NCBI GenBank assembly: GCA_964575755.1
Contig: CAZNRH010000002.1
Span: 6,107-70,106, forward strand
Direction of reading: 5' to 3'
DNA: 64,000 nt
Source of the DNA: an uncultured Candidatus Saccharibacteria bacterium
GTDB lineage: Bacteria; Patescibacteriota; Minisyncoccia; Phycocordibacterales; JABMNX01
In this document: positions 1-9,741 of the stretch, one piece after another
Layout: every line of letters starts with the position of its first letter
How positions within the stretch are numbered: position 1 is the stretch's first letter
Position numbers and translations under genes: made by a program
Notes under the pieces: generated by a model
Databases searched by the model: none
What the model was told of the DNA's origin: nothing
Seen by the model: the letters and a program-made list of their open reading frames with translations, nothing else

Positions 1-450
1 CCAGAAGAAGTATTGTGATGAAAAGAGGTTGTCTATCGAATTTCCAAAATCATATATGGTTGCAAACGGGATAGTGTGATAAAGGAAAGCAAAAAACAAG
101 GCTGTTGTTGCTCCAGATAAAAGGCCCACTTCTATATATTTAAAAATCTTCCTGTATGAATATTCTATATAAATAAACCTAAGTATAATTTTGTGGATAA
201 TTATAATTCCAACAAGAAATACAGCTAAATGAGATAGGGTTATTTGAACCTCTGAACTTTTTAACAGTGTTGCATCTTCAAGATATGGAAAACTTAAAAA
301 AGCTAAGATTCCAACATATAAAGATATTAAAAGTGATACGATATAACTTTTTCCATAACGAAGGCTATATAAAGACAAAAGAATAAACACTGCAAATATA
401 ATCAATACATCTGTTGTTATGGCACCGGATAATGTGTCTAAAAAATCCAT
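1..450 (-). CDS. Multi-pass membrane protein, hypothetical (runs off window edge)
   Basis: Hand translation from ATG at 450 (MDFLDTLSGAITTDVLIIFAVFILLSLYSLRYGK...) is open to position 1 and has several hydrophobic stretches. Confidence 0.75.
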   Translation of the reverse strand, partial: MDFLDTLSGAITTDVLIIFAVFILLSLYSLRYGKSYIVSLLISLYVGILAFLSFPYLEDATLLKSSEVQITLSHLAVFLVGIIIIHKIILRFIYIEYSYRKIFKYIEVGLLSGATTALFFAFLYHTIPFATIYDFGNSIDNLFSSQYFFW

Positions 451-478
451 ACAATATTACTGTATAATAATTCCTAGT

Positions 479-1552
479 TTAGATTCCTTCTTCGTGTAGT
501 TCGTCGATGATTTTCTTTGATTTCTTACTTAATTTTTTCGGCATATCTATCGCCACTTTAATCAAAAGGTCTCCGCGCCCACCTCTGGCTGGTACTCCTC
601 TGCCCTTTATTCGTATAATTTCACCGAAAGATACTCCTTGAGGTATCTTTACTTCAATTGTGTCGTCATCAAGTGTATGTAGTGAGTATGTGCTACCAAG
701 TAGGGCGTCAGTTAATTTTACCGAAAGGGTTGTGATTAAGTTACTCCCCTCTTTGTGATATTTGGTGTCAGGATGCACATGTATTTTTATATACAAATCC
801 CCTGCTTCTCCTTCTGCTATCGCTTCTCCTCCTCCAGTTAATCGGATCATTTCTCCGTTATTTATACCTGCTGGCACACGTATCACGACCTCCTCCTCTT
901 TTCGTATGACACGTTCTCCCTTACATATTTTACATTTAACTTTAGGTATCTTCCCTGTTCCATAGCATTTTGAACATGACTTCACTGTCGTAAATGTGCC
1001 AAATACAGATGACCTGTTCTCATGTACTTTTCCATTGCCGTTACACTCTGTACATGTTTCAACTGAAGAGTCTTTTTCTGCACCAGTACCTTTACAGGTC
1101 TCGCATACAGATGTTTTAGTAAGAAGCACTCGCCTCTCTACACCAAACAAAGCTTCTTTGAAAGTGAGTTCTATATCGATAGATATGTCCCGCCCACGCT
1201 TAGCTTGATTTTTTCTTCCTCCAAATATGTCTCCAAATATATCCCCTAAATCTACTCCATCAAAACCTGCTTGACCCTGTCCAAATCCAGAGAAATCAAA
1301 CCCTCCGAACCCTTGCTCTTGTGCTCCTTGGGATGCACCACCAGAAAATACACGCCCATAAGAGTCGTATTCTGCACGTTTTTTATCATCGGAAAGCACG
1401 CTGTATGCCTCACTTATTTCTTTGAATTTAGCTTCATCCCCAGTTTGTTTATCGGGGTGATATTTATGAGCAAGTGCACGAAAAGCCTTTTTTATTTCAT
1501 TCTTATTAGCTCCTTTTGTAATACCAAGTGTCTTGTAGTAGTCGTTTTGCAT
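479..1552 (-). CDS. dnaJ: Chaperone DnaJ
   Basis: J domain with HPD, G/F-rich linker, four CxxCxGxG-type repeats; downstream of dnaK. Confidence 0.98.
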   Translation of the reverse strand: MQNDYYKTLGITKGANKNEIKKAFRALAHKYHPDKQTGDEAKFKEISEAYSVLSDDKKRAEYDSYGRVFSGGASQGAQEQGFGGFDFSGFGQGQAGFDGVDLGDIFGDIFGGRKNQAKRGRDISIDIELTFKEALFGVERRVLLTKTSVCETCKGTGAEKDSSVETCTECNGNGKVHENRSSVFGTFTTVKSCSKCYGTGKIPKVKCKICKGERVIRKEEEVVIRVPAGINNGEMIRLTGGGEAIAEGEAGDLYIKIHVHPDTKYHKEGSNLITTLSVKLTDALLGSTYSLHTLDDDTIEVKIPQGVSFGEIIRIKGRGVPARGGRGDLLIKVAIDMPKKLSKKSKKIIDELHEEGI

Positions 1553-1602
1553 ACGTATGAGGTTTATTGTACTTACTTATATGCTAAAAACAAGAAGTGA
1601 AC

Positions 1603-3561
1603 CTATTTCTTTTCTTCTGATGATTCGGTGTTCTCATCTGTACTTTCAGGATCAGTACCTTTGTCTTCTTTAGTTTCTTCTTCAGGTGTATCAGCGGAGT
1701 TCTCATCGGTGGTAGCTTGTTTAACGTCTTTGGACGCGATTCCTTCCGAGGAATCGTCGTTAACTTTTGCTACGTCTTCTCCTACCTTACCAAGCGCTGT
1801 TGATAGTTCTTCAGAGGCTTTCTTAATTGCATATGCATCTTCCTTGTCTTTTACTTCACGAAGTGCTTTTATCTTTTCTTCAACGTCTACTTTTACTGTG
1901 GTGCTCACCTTATCGCCATGTTCTTTTAGTGAGTTTTCTGCTGTGTATATAAGCTGTTCTGACATATTCTTTATTTCAATCAATTCTTGTTTTTTCTTGT
2001 CCTCATCTGCGTGACTTTCAGCGTCTTGCTTCATCTTTTCTACTTCTTCATCACTAAGCCCCGAGCCTGCTTCAATGCGAACAGACTGCTCTTTCCCCGA
2101 AGTTTTTTCTTTAGCGATTACATTTAATATTCCATTTGCATCTATATCAAACGTTACTTCTACTTGTGGTATTCCGCGCGGTGATGGCGGAACTCCCTCT
2201 AGTATAAATCTTCCTAGACTTTTGTTGTCAGTGGCCATAGCTCTTTCTCCTTGGACAATGTGAACTTCTACGGAAGTCTGGTTGTCTGCTGCAGTTGAGA
2301 AAGTTTGTGATTTAGATGTCGGTATAGTGGTATTTCTCTCTATCAGTTTTGTTCCTACTCCACCAAGGGTTTCAATACCTAGCGATAGAGGTATAACATC
2401 AAGAAGTAAGATATCCTTTACGTCTCCCTGCATAATGCCGGCTTGGAGTGCTGCTCCGAGGGCAACTACTTCGTCAGGGTTGATTGATTTGTTTGGTTCT
2501 TTTCCAAAAAGCTCTTTAACCCTTGCTTCTATTGCTGGCATTCGAGTCTGACCTCCAACTAAAATAATTTCATCAATATCTTTAATTTCAAATGGTGACG
2601 CTTCTATAGCTCGTTTTGTAATTTCAATAGAGCGGTCAATGTATTCTCTAGCCAGATCTTCTAGAGTTGCGCGTGTTAATTTAAGTAGTAAATGCTTTGG
2701 ACCTGATTCATCTGAGGTTATAAATGGTATGTTGATTTCTGTCTCAGTAGCTGTTGAAAGCTCTAATTTAGCCTTTTCAGCTGCCTCATCGAGTCTTTGT
2801 AGAGCTAGAGGGTCTTTTGTGATATCAATTCCGCTTTCTTTCTTAAACTCTTCCCCTATCCAAGTTATGATCTTTTGATCTACATCTCGTCCTCCCATAT
2901 GTGAATCTCCATCAGTGGCTTTAACCTCAATAACCTCATCCCCTACTTCAAGTACTGATACATCAAATGTACCTCCACCAAAATCAAATACGACAATTTG
3001 TTCGTCTTTCTTTTTATTAAATCCGTAAGCAAGTGCGGCTGCAGTTGGTTCGTTTATTATCCTCTTAACATCAAGTCCTGCTATCTTACCAGCGTCTTTA
3101 GTAGCTTTCCGTTGAGCATCATCAAAATATGCAGGCACTGTGATAATGGCTTCCTCTATCTTTTCTCCAATCTTTGCTTCTGCATCTTGCTTGAGTTTCT
3201 GAATAATCATTGCTGAAATTTCTTCTGGTCGGTAGTCTTTTTCATTGAGGGAGATTAAAACTCCACCATCTTTTCCTTCTTTTATAGTGTAAGGTAATGT
3301 ACCTTTGTCTTTCTTTACAACTTCGTCTGCAAATCGGTGTCCAACAAATCGTTTAATACCATATATAGTATTTTGAGGGTTTGTAACTGCTTGTCTTCGT
3401 GCAAGTACACCAACAAGACGTTCCCCTGTTTTTGATACAGCAGCCACTGAAGGTGTCGTACGCGCTCCTTCGCTATTTTCAATTATTACAGGCTCACCAT
3501 TTGCTATATATGCCATTGCTGAGTTTGTTGTTCCTAGATCTATTCCTAAAATTTTTCCCAT
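1603..3561 (-). CDS. dnaK: Chaperone DnaK (Hsp70)
   Basis: [23 protein letters not shown] and [22 protein letters not shown] motifs. Confidence 0.99.
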   Translation of the reverse strand: MGKILGIDLGTTNSAMAYIANGEPVIIENSEGARTTPSVAAVSKTGERLVGVLARRQAVTNPQNTIYGIKRFVGHRFADEVVKKDKGTLPYTIKEGKDGGVLISLNEKDYRPEEISAMIIQKLKQDAEAKIGEKIEEAIITVPAYFDDAQRKATKDAGKIAGLDVKRIINEPTAAALAYGFNKKKDEQIVVFDFGGGTFDVSVLEVGDEVIEVKATDGDSHMGGRDVDQKIITWIGEEFKKESGIDITKDPLALQRLDEAAEKAKLELSTATETEINIPFITSDESGPKHLLLKLTRATLEDLAREYIDRSIEITKRAIEASPFEIKDIDEIILVGGQTRMPAIEARVKELFGKEPNKSINPDEVVALGAALQAGIMQGDVKDILLLDVIPLSLGIETLGGVGTKLIERNTTIPTSKSQTFSTAADNQTSVEVHIVQGERAMATDNKSLGRFILEGVPPSPRGIPQVEVTFDIDANGILNVIAKEKTSGKEQSVRIEAGSGLSDEEVEKMKQDAESHADEDKKKQELIEIKNMSEQLIYTAENSLKEHGDKVSTTVKVDVEEKIKALREVKDKEDAYAIKKASEELSTALGKVGEDVAKVNDDSSEGIASKDVKQATTDENSADTPEEETKEDKGTDPESTDENTESSEEKK

Positions 3562-3569
3562 GGTATTTT

Positions 3570-4148
3570 TTAAATTTTAAATTTTCCTATAATAACTTTT
3601 GCTGGCCTAAGTACTATATCACCTCGTTCGTATCCTTTCTGTGCAACCGAAAGTATTGAATCTTCATCTTTTTCATCTTTAACATCCTCTGTCTGCACGG
3701 TTTCATGCTTTTGTGGATCAAATGCATCTGATGTATTTATAACAGAAACACCTAATTGTTCAAAGATATTTATAGCTTGGATATAAATCTGTTCTATTCC
3801 AGAGCGCCAATTTGCATCTACCTTTTCCCAAGCCTCTTTGTTGGAGAAAGCCATGTCGAAACTATCCAAGATTGGAAGTAATGATGTAAAGATATTTATT
3901 TCTGCCCTAGAAACAGCTCTTTCTCGCTCTAGTAGTGAATCTTTGTCTTTATTTACCGCATCAGCGCGTGCTCTTTGCCATCCGTTTAGGTGATCTTGTC
4001 GTTCTTTTTCACAGTTCTTAAGTTTCTTTTGGAGTTTTTTTAGTTTTCCTGAGACGCTCACTGAGTCATCTTCAACGGTAATATCACTAAAAACCTCTTC
4101 TTGTATATCTTCACTTGAGCTATTTTTAGTAGATCCTTTTTTTAACAT
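3570..4148 (-). CDS. grpE: Nucleotide exchange factor GrpE (start moved to ATG 4148)
   Basis: QRARAD, LLPILD, FDPQKHE and QKGY..LRPAKV motifs; the longer track ORF overlaps rpsI. Confidence 0.95.
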   Translation of the reverse strand: MLKKGSTKNSSSEDIQEEVFSDITVEDDSVSVSGKLKKLQKKLKNCEKERQDHLNGWQRARADAVNKDKDSLLERERAVSRAEINIFTSLLPILDSFDMAFSNKEAWEKVDANWRSGIEQIYIQAINIFEQLGVSVINTSDAFDPQKHETVQTEDVKDEKDEDSILSVAQKGYERGDIVLRPAKVIIGKFKI

Positions 4149-4224
4149 GCTCCAAATGAGAATTAAAGAGTGAGTTATAATAGCACTATAACTTAATCCC
4201 TTATTCTTAATTCTTAATTCATTT

Positions 4225-4635
4225 TTACCGCTTCGACCACTGTGGTGCTTTCCTTGCCTTTTTAAGACCAAACTTTTTACGCTCCTTCATTCTAGGATCT
4301 CGTTTTAAAAATCCAGCCCCTTTTAAACTTTTACGTAAGTCAATATTAAACTCAATAAGAGCACGAGATATTCCATGCCTTAAAGCTTCTGCCTGTGCAT
4401 GGATTCCACCTCCTTTTATTCTAGCTGTTACTTTAAAATTATCTTCATCTGCAGAGTGTTTTAAAGCTTCTTTAGCAACAGCCTGTAATTCATTTGTTGG
4501 GAAATGCTCATCAAGACCTTTTTTGTTGATAAAGATTTCGTCTTTCTTTGTCTTTGAAATACGAACTCTGGCAGTAGCTGTCTTTCGACGTCCAATAGTT
4601 TCTATGTATTTTTCTTTGTGTGTGAAATCAACCAT
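4225..4635 (-). CDS. rpsI: 30S ribosomal protein S9
   Basis: GRRKTATARV; ERKKFGLKKARKAPQWSKR C-terminus. Confidence 0.99.
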   Translation of the reverse strand: MVDFTHKEKYIETIGRRKTATARVRISKTKKDEIFINKKGLDEHFPTNELQAVAKEALKHSADEDNFKVTARIKGGGIHAQAEALRHGISRALIEFNIDLRKSLKGAGFLKRDPRMKERKKFGLKKARKAPQWSKR

Positions 4636-4638
4636 AAT

Positions 4639-4980
4639 TTATTCAATAATTAAACGCTTCATCCTTTTAGCTCGTAATTTATTTCCAGGAAGCATACCAT
4701 AAACAGCTTTACGAAGCACTTCGTCGATACCTTTCTTGTCTCGTACATTCTCAAGAGTTTTCTTACGTAGTCCACCAGGGTACCCTGTGTAATGCGTATA
4801 GATTTTTGTAGATGATTTTTTTGAAGATATTGCAAGTTCTTCTCCATTTGCAATCTTAACAATAATATCAGCTACAACATGTTTTTCAAACTCTGGGCTG
4901 TTTTTACCCATAAGAATATGCGCTGCCTCTGATGCAACTCGTCCTAAACTTTTTTCTTTTGCGTCTATTGTGTATTCCAT
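4639..4980 (-). CDS. rplM: 50S ribosomal protein L13 (short form)
   Basis: IDAKEKSLGRVAS, YTGYPGGL, AVYGMLP; precedes rpsI. Confidence 0.97.
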   Translation of the reverse strand: MEYTIDAKEKSLGRVASEAAHILMGKNSPEFEKHVVADIIVKIANGEELAISSKKSSTKIYTHYTGYPGGLRKKTLENVRDKKGIDEVLRKAVYGMLPGNKLRAKRMKRLIIE

Positions 4981-4996
4981 ATTGCAATATTATTTA

Positions 4997-5350
4997 CTAT
5001 ACAAATTCAATTACAGCCCTTTTGCGTGCATCGTGAGATGGTACATGAATTTTTGTGATTCGTGTATATCCACCAGCCCTGTCGGTATATTTTGGGGCTA
5101 TTTCTTCTTTAAGCATTTTAGCTATACGTTCTTCTCCTCCTAGAGTGGATATAACACCTCTATATGACGCAAGAGTGCCTTTATTGCTCTTTGTTATAAG
5201 CTTCTCTATAAAGCTTCTTATTTCCTTAGCTTTAGCTTCTGTTGTTTCTATTTTCCCATGAATAATCAAAGCACGCACAAGAGAGCGTATCAGGGCTACT
5301 CTGACTTTTCGTACTCTTCCGAATTTTCTTCCTCGTGCAAGATGTTTCAT
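4997..5350 (-). CDS. rplQ: 50S ribosomal protein L17
   Basis: IETTEAKAKE, RAGGYTRI; follows rpoA. Confidence 0.98.
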   Translation of the reverse strand: MKHLARGRKFGRVRKVRVALIRSLVRALIIHGKIETTEAKAKEIRSFIEKLITKSNKGTLASYRGVISTLGGEERIAKMLKEEIAPKYTDRAGGYTRITKIHVPSHDARKRAVIEFV

Positions 5351-5369
5351 GTTTTTACTATATAAGTGA

Positions 5370-6332
5370 CTATTTTAGAGTTACTCCAAAGTTACTCAAT
5401 GCTCTTTTAATTTCTTGTAAGCCTTTCTGTCCGATTCCTTCGACAGCAAGGATGTCGTCTTCTCTTTTTCGCACAAGCCCACCAACTGTTCTAATATTTG
5501 CCTCTTCTAATGAATTGGTTGTTCGAACTGAGAGTTCAAGATCATCGATGCGAGTCTTTAAGAACTCGGAATCGACTTCTTTCTTATCTTCTTCTTGTTC
5601 TCCTTCTGGTGCAACTTCTTCTGGAAGCTGAATCTCTTCTTCCTTGAATCCTATAACAGCCTTAAGTTGATTTATCATTATTTCTATCGATTTCTCAAGA
5701 GCCTCCTTTGGAGTGATGGTACCATCGGTTTCGATAAAGAGACGTAGTCTGTTGAAATCTGTTCGGTCTCCAACTCTCATATTTTCTACTTCGTAGTTTA
5801 CGCGACGAATTGGTGTGAAAATTGCATCAAGTGTAATAACCCCTATCTCTACACGATCTTTCTGTAACACCTCTTTTGATACATAGCCCAATCCCTGCTC
5901 GACAGTCATGTCAATTTCAAGCTCTGTGTTCTTGTTGGTTATTTCTGCTATTGGTTGATCTGGGTTAAGAACTTGTACTTGTCCTGGGATTTCTATATCA
6001 GCAGCAGTTATTACCTTTTGTCCTTTTATTTTTATCTTCATTTGTTGAGGCTCATCTGAAAGCATCTGAATGCGCACTTTCTTTAGGTTAAGAAGTATCG
6101 CGATAACGTCTTCTTTAACACCGTCAATTGTTGAAAATTCATGTTGTACGTTCTTTATCTTTACTGATGTGATAGCTGCTCCCGGTAAAGAAGAAAGAAT
6201 AATTCGTCGAAGTGAGTTACCTAACGTGTGACCATACCCTGGATATAGTCCATCAACCTCATAAACACCACTAAATTCTTTTTCAGATACTATTCTAGGC
6301 TTGGATGGAAGTGTTACATTATAATCTAACAT
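5370..6332 (-). CDS. rpoA: RNA polymerase alpha subunit
   Basis: GHTLGNSLRRIILSSLPG, HEFSTIDGVKED, alpha-CTD LELSVRTTNSL. Confidence 0.99.
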   Translation of the reverse strand: MLDYNVTLPSKPRIVSEKEFSGVYEVDGLYPGYGHTLGNSLRRIILSSLPGAAITSVKIKNVQHEFSTIDGVKEDVIAILLNLKKVRIQMLSDEPQQMKIKIKGQKVITAADIEIPGQVQVLNPDQPIAEITNKNTELEIDMTVEQGLGYVSKEVLQKDRVEIGVITLDAIFTPIRRVNYEVENMRVGDRTDFNRLRLFIETDGTITPKEALEKSIEIMINQLKAVIGFKEEEIQLPEEVAPEGEQEEDKKEVDSEFLKTRIDDLELSVRTTNSLEEANIRTVGGLVRKREDDILAVEGIGQKGLQEIKRALSNFGVTLK

Positions 6333-6356
6333 AATATATTGTTATAAATTAATAAA

Positions 6357-6965
6357 TTACCTACTGTAAAATTCAAGTACTAAATCTAAGTTAAGTGATG
6401 CATCTGCTGCGGTAAGTTCGGGGGACTCTGTCATTTTTCCTTCAAGTTTTTTTTCATCAAACGTAAGCCATTTCGGTACAGAATTATTTTTCATGCGTTT
6501 TTCTAACTCGATAAATAATCCTTTGTCTTTACTGTTTTGTCTTACTGAAATAATGTCTTTTGGTCCTATTTTATATGAAGGTATGGTCACTCGCCTGCCG
6601 TTTATCATAATATGTCCGTGAGATACCATTTGGCGTGCAAATCTACGAGTTTGAGCTAATCCTAGGCGATAAACAATGTTATCAAGGCGGGTTTCCAGTC
6701 CAATAAATATTTTTTCTTTTGATTCTGATGGAGACTGAGTAGCTTCTTTAACATACTTAGAAAGCTGTTTTTCTGTGATGCCGTACATGTAGCGCAGTTT
6801 CTGTTTTTCAATCAATTGTTTTCCAAAGTCAGAGAGTTGTCTCGGTCGAGAAGTTCGTCTCTTCTTTGATCTTTCTTGAGAAAGTACAAATTTTTGGGTT
6901 TGGCATTTTTCAAATACACTTGCTCCAAGACGTTTTCCTATTTTGTATCGTGGTCCTATTTTCAT
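6357..6965 (-). CDS. rpsD: 30S ribosomal protein S4
   Basis: QLIEKQKLR, LETRLDNIVYRLG, ARQMVSHGH. Confidence 0.99.
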   Translation of the reverse strand: MKIGPRYKIGKRLGASVFEKCQTQKFVLSQERSKKRRTSRPRQLSDFGKQLIEKQKLRYMYGITEKQLSKYVKEATQSPSESKEKIFIGLETRLDNIVYRLGLAQTRRFARQMVSHGHIMINGRRVTIPSYKIGPKDIISVRQNSKDKGLFIELEKRMKNNSVPKWLTFDEKKLEGKMTESPELTAADASLNLDLVLEFYSR

Positions 6966-6979
6966 ATATAATTTACTAT

Positions 6980-7414
6980 TTAAACTCGCCTAGGTTTTTT
7001 AGCTCGTGGGCCATTAAATGGTACAGGAGTCCTGTCTTTAATACTTGCTACACCAATACCTTTTGATGCGAAAGCTCGAAGTGAAGATTCTCGACCAGAA
7101 CCAACCCCACGCATAATAACGTCAACTTCTTTTATGCCCATTATTTGTGCTTTTTCTCCAATAATTTCCCCTATCTTAGCTGCTGCAAATGGAGTACCTT
7201 TTTTAGCCCCCTTGAATCCAAGAGCTCCACTAGAAGACCACATAACTGCATTACCATCTTTATCTGAAAGAAGAAGTTTTGTGTTGTTGTATGTTGCTTG
7301 TATATGTAAAATACCAGTTTCTAATTTCTTTTTTGGTACGCGAGCAAGAGATCGGGACTTTAATCCTGAGCTCATTTCTCCTCCTGCTTTTTTAATAATT
7401 CGTTTCTTTCCCAT
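6980..7414 (-). CDS. rpsK: 30S ribosomal protein S11
   Basis: TYNNT, KKGTPFAA, DRTPVPFNG. Confidence 0.99.
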   Translation of the reverse strand: MGKKRIIKKAGGEMSSGLKSRSLARVPKKKLETGILHIQATYNNTKLLLSDKDGNAVMWSSSGALGFKGAKKGTPFAAAKIGEIIGEKAQIMGIKEVDVIMRGVGSGRESSLRAFASKGIGVASIKDRTPVPFNGPRAKKPRRV

Positions 7415-7417
7415 ATA

Positions 7418-7798
7418 TTATTTCTTATCTACCGAACGTCTTCCTGAACTCATGGTTTTTCGCTTGTTACCACGCACTGTCCTCGAGTTAGTTTTTGTTC
7501 TTTGTCCCCGGACAGGAAGATTCCTACTGTGTCTAACCCCTCTGTATGCGAGAATATCCTTAAGTCTTTTAATATTTCCTGAAACAATTCTACGGAGCTC
7601 TCCTTCTATAGTAAATGATTCAATTTTTTTTCTTATTGAATTTTCTTCCTCTGTATTTAAATCTGCTGGTTTTTTACCGGCATCAATCTTAAGCTCACTC
7701 AATATGTCTAGAGCACGAGGGCGACCAACTCCATACACGGCAGTTAGACCTATTTCTAGTCGCTTCTTTTCTGGAATTGTTATACCTGATATTCGCAT
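7418..7798 (-). CDS. rpsM: 30S ribosomal protein S13
   Basis: YRGVRHSRNLPVRGQRTKTNSRT. Confidence 0.99.
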   Translation of the reverse strand: MRISGITIPEKKRLEIGLTAVYGVGRPRALDILSELKIDAGKKPADLNTEEENSIRKKIESFTIEGELRRIVSGNIKRLKDILAYRGVRHSRNLPVRGQRTKTNSRTVRGNKRKTMSSGRRSVDKK

Positions 7799-7807
7799 AT
7801 ATTAAAT

Positions 7808-7921
7808 TTATCCCTGTCTTTGTTTATGACGAGGGTTTGAACAAATAACGTATAAACGCCCCCTTCTACGAACGGTTTGGCATTTACTACATAATTTCTT
7901 TACTGATGATTTTACTTTCAT
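7808..7921 (-). CDS. rpmJ: 50S ribosomal protein L36 (not in ORF track)
   Basis: Hand translation [37 protein letters not shown] with C-C-C-H zinc ribbon; canonical position between infA and rpsM. Confidence 0.98.
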   Translation of the reverse strand: MKVKSSVKKLCSKCQTVRRRGRLYVICSNPRHKQRQG

Positions 7922-8053
7922 CCCGTTTAGAGATAGGACACTGATATAAACAATCTTTGTCCTAAAATTAAATGTGTTAATAATATTTTATATTGTTACA
8001 TATATCGTCCCAGTGTCCGGCAGTCGTCTCTGGACGACTTATCTCTAACGGGA
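7921..8053. mobile_element. Start-codon-inserted hairpin element (MITE-like), copy 1, at rpmJ
   Basis: Terminal IR atcccgtttagagata (7920-7935) / tatctctaacgggat (8040-8054); ttca direct repeats at 7917-7920 and 8054-8057; inner stem ggacactg/cagtgtcc; side hairpin agtcgtc/gacgact. Confidence 0.8.
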
Positions 8054-8120
8054 TTCATTGTGACAACAAAAAATTGCGCTTTCCACATGTTAGGTATAGG
8101 CGGAACTAAATCGGATCCAA

Positions 8121-8342
8121 CTACAAGCGCTTTATTATTCTTCCTTTTCCTCCATAAGGTTCAAGCTCAACAGCTACCTTATCGCCAACTAGCACCTTGA
8201 TACGATATCTTCGCATCTTTCCAGATAGATATGTAAGTAGTTGTTCACCACTTTCTTCTAGAGTTACTCGAAATAGTGTATTAGGCAAAGCCTCATCCAC
8301 TACTCCTAAAACTGGCTCTGGTTTGTTCGCTTTTGTTGACAT
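8121..8342 (-). CDS. infA: Translation initiation factor IF-1
   Basis: [27 protein letters not shown]. Confidence 0.98.
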   Translation of the reverse strand: MSTKANKPEPVLGVVDEALPNTLFRVTLEESGEQLLTYLSGKMRRYRIKVLVGDKVAVELEPYGGKGRIIKRL

Positions 8343-8409
8343 TGATTGGAGTTAGGACATAGTACCAGAAACAACCCTACAACGTCAAGGTTTTTCTGAG
8401 GATTAGTCA

Positions 8410-9714
8410 CTATTCTTCTATTACCGTAGTAATCTTTATATCCTTAATATCATCAGGGAGTGTCTGCCTCCAGAAAGGACGTAGTATTATTTGAGCATTA
8501 TCGATACTTGGGTATCCTGTGAGTACTGTTTGCAAGGCCTCTTTTGACTTACCAGCTAGATCATTTTTTAGTTGTTCTGACTCAAAACTCCATACGACAT
8601 GGGCATTTCCAGCTAATTTAAATGAAAATTCATCATCAATCCATGGTTGCACGTCATTTTTATTAAGAATAGTAAATGAAATAGAGCTTGAATCTAATAT
8701 CTCTACAACCTCTCCATCAAAACCAGCTATTGTGTTTAGTGCTATAAATTGTGCAAATTTCTCTTGTTTAAAAAGAGTACCATAAAGAATTGCTTTTTCT
8801 TTGATTACAACATCACCACCTTCTTCGCCATTTGGTAGTGATGAAAAAGTAATAAAGATGCCGTCTTTGTATATTTCAAACCCTTCTGGTTTTTGAGAAA
8901 AAACATCTTTAAGTAGTTGTTCTTTAAGATTGGTTTGTATGCTCTCTCTTGCATTAAGCTCGTCTTCACTGTTTACAATTTTCTTTTCACCTATAAATCC
9001 TCCTACCATGCTTGTTTTAGATCGAGCATAGAAGTCGTCAAATCGCGGGTCTCCAGAGAAACCCGGAATAGTGAAGTCCGTAAGCCCTATATTGTAGCTA
9101 GCACCCTCTTCGTCAGCATATACAGTAGCTTCAATACTTCCTGGTACAATCTTCCCGCCTACTGTCTTTCGTCCTGGTACCACAATAGACTTGTTTATAC
9201 GGTATATAAGCCCGTCTGGTGTTTCAAATCTTGTATTCTTAATTAATCGTTGATTAGATTTGTTGTAATTATTATAGATTATGATATCTCCAGAAGCTTT
9301 CTCTTTTACAAATATTTCACCATTTGCATTAACACTTTGAGAACCTTCTTTTTCAATAGTCATAATCTCGAACCCAAGCTCGTCGCCTTTGGGTGTTTTG
9401 TATGCGCTAAACTCTGCATCCACAAGCACAGTCCGCTGTTTAGGAGTTATAACAAGCTTTGCCCCAGAAAAAATAAAAGAAAGCCCAAATACCAGCACAA
9501 GCACTGAGATAAGAATAATTATCCACAACCCAAAACGGTACGAGGTTTTTCTATAACGAGGTGGTTCTGGTGTTGAGTCGGTGTCTAATTCTTCTCTTCG
9601 TCTAGACAACCTCTCTGCTACTCCATGTCGTTTAGTTTTCTCCACGCTAACTTTACGGATTGATCTACGGGATATTTTCTCGTGAGAGATTATGTCATCT
9701 ATATTTCTTTTCAT
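8410..9714 (-). CDS. Single-pass membrane protein, CPR-type, baseplate-J-like similarity suspected
   Basis: Basic N-terminus, one TM segment, then ASGDIIIYN...TRFETPDGLIY...ADEEGASYNIG, a pattern recalled from CPR baseplate-J-like proteins. Confidence 0.55.
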   Translation of the reverse strand: MKRNIDDIISHEKISRRSIRKVSVEKTKRHGVAERLSRRREELDTDSTPEPPRYRKTSYRFGLWIIILISVLVLVFGLSFIFSGAKLVITPKQRTVLVDAEFSAYKTPKGDELGFEIMTIEKEGSQSVNANGEIFVKEKASGDIIIYNNYNKSNQRLIKNTRFETPDGLIYRINKSIVVPGRKTVGGKIVPGSIEATVYADEEGASYNIGLTDFTIPGFSGDPRFDDFYARSKTSMVGGFIGEKKIVNSEDELNARESIQTNLKEQLLKDVFSQKPEGFEIYKDGIFITFSSLPNGEEGGDVVIKEKAILYGTLFKQEKFAQFIALNTIAGFDGEVVEILDSSSISFTILNKNDVQPWIDDEFSFKLAGNAHVVWSFESEQLKNDLAGKSKEALQTVLTGYPSIDNAQIILRPFWRQTLPDDIKDIKITTVIEE

Positions 9715-9741
9715 ATTTATTCAATATTATACCAATAAGCT

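Noticed and set aside
4150-4200. Possible CIRCE (HrcA operator) upstream of grpE
   Set aside because: Only one half-site-like TAGCACT; no partner at 9-bp spacing and no hrcA in the window.
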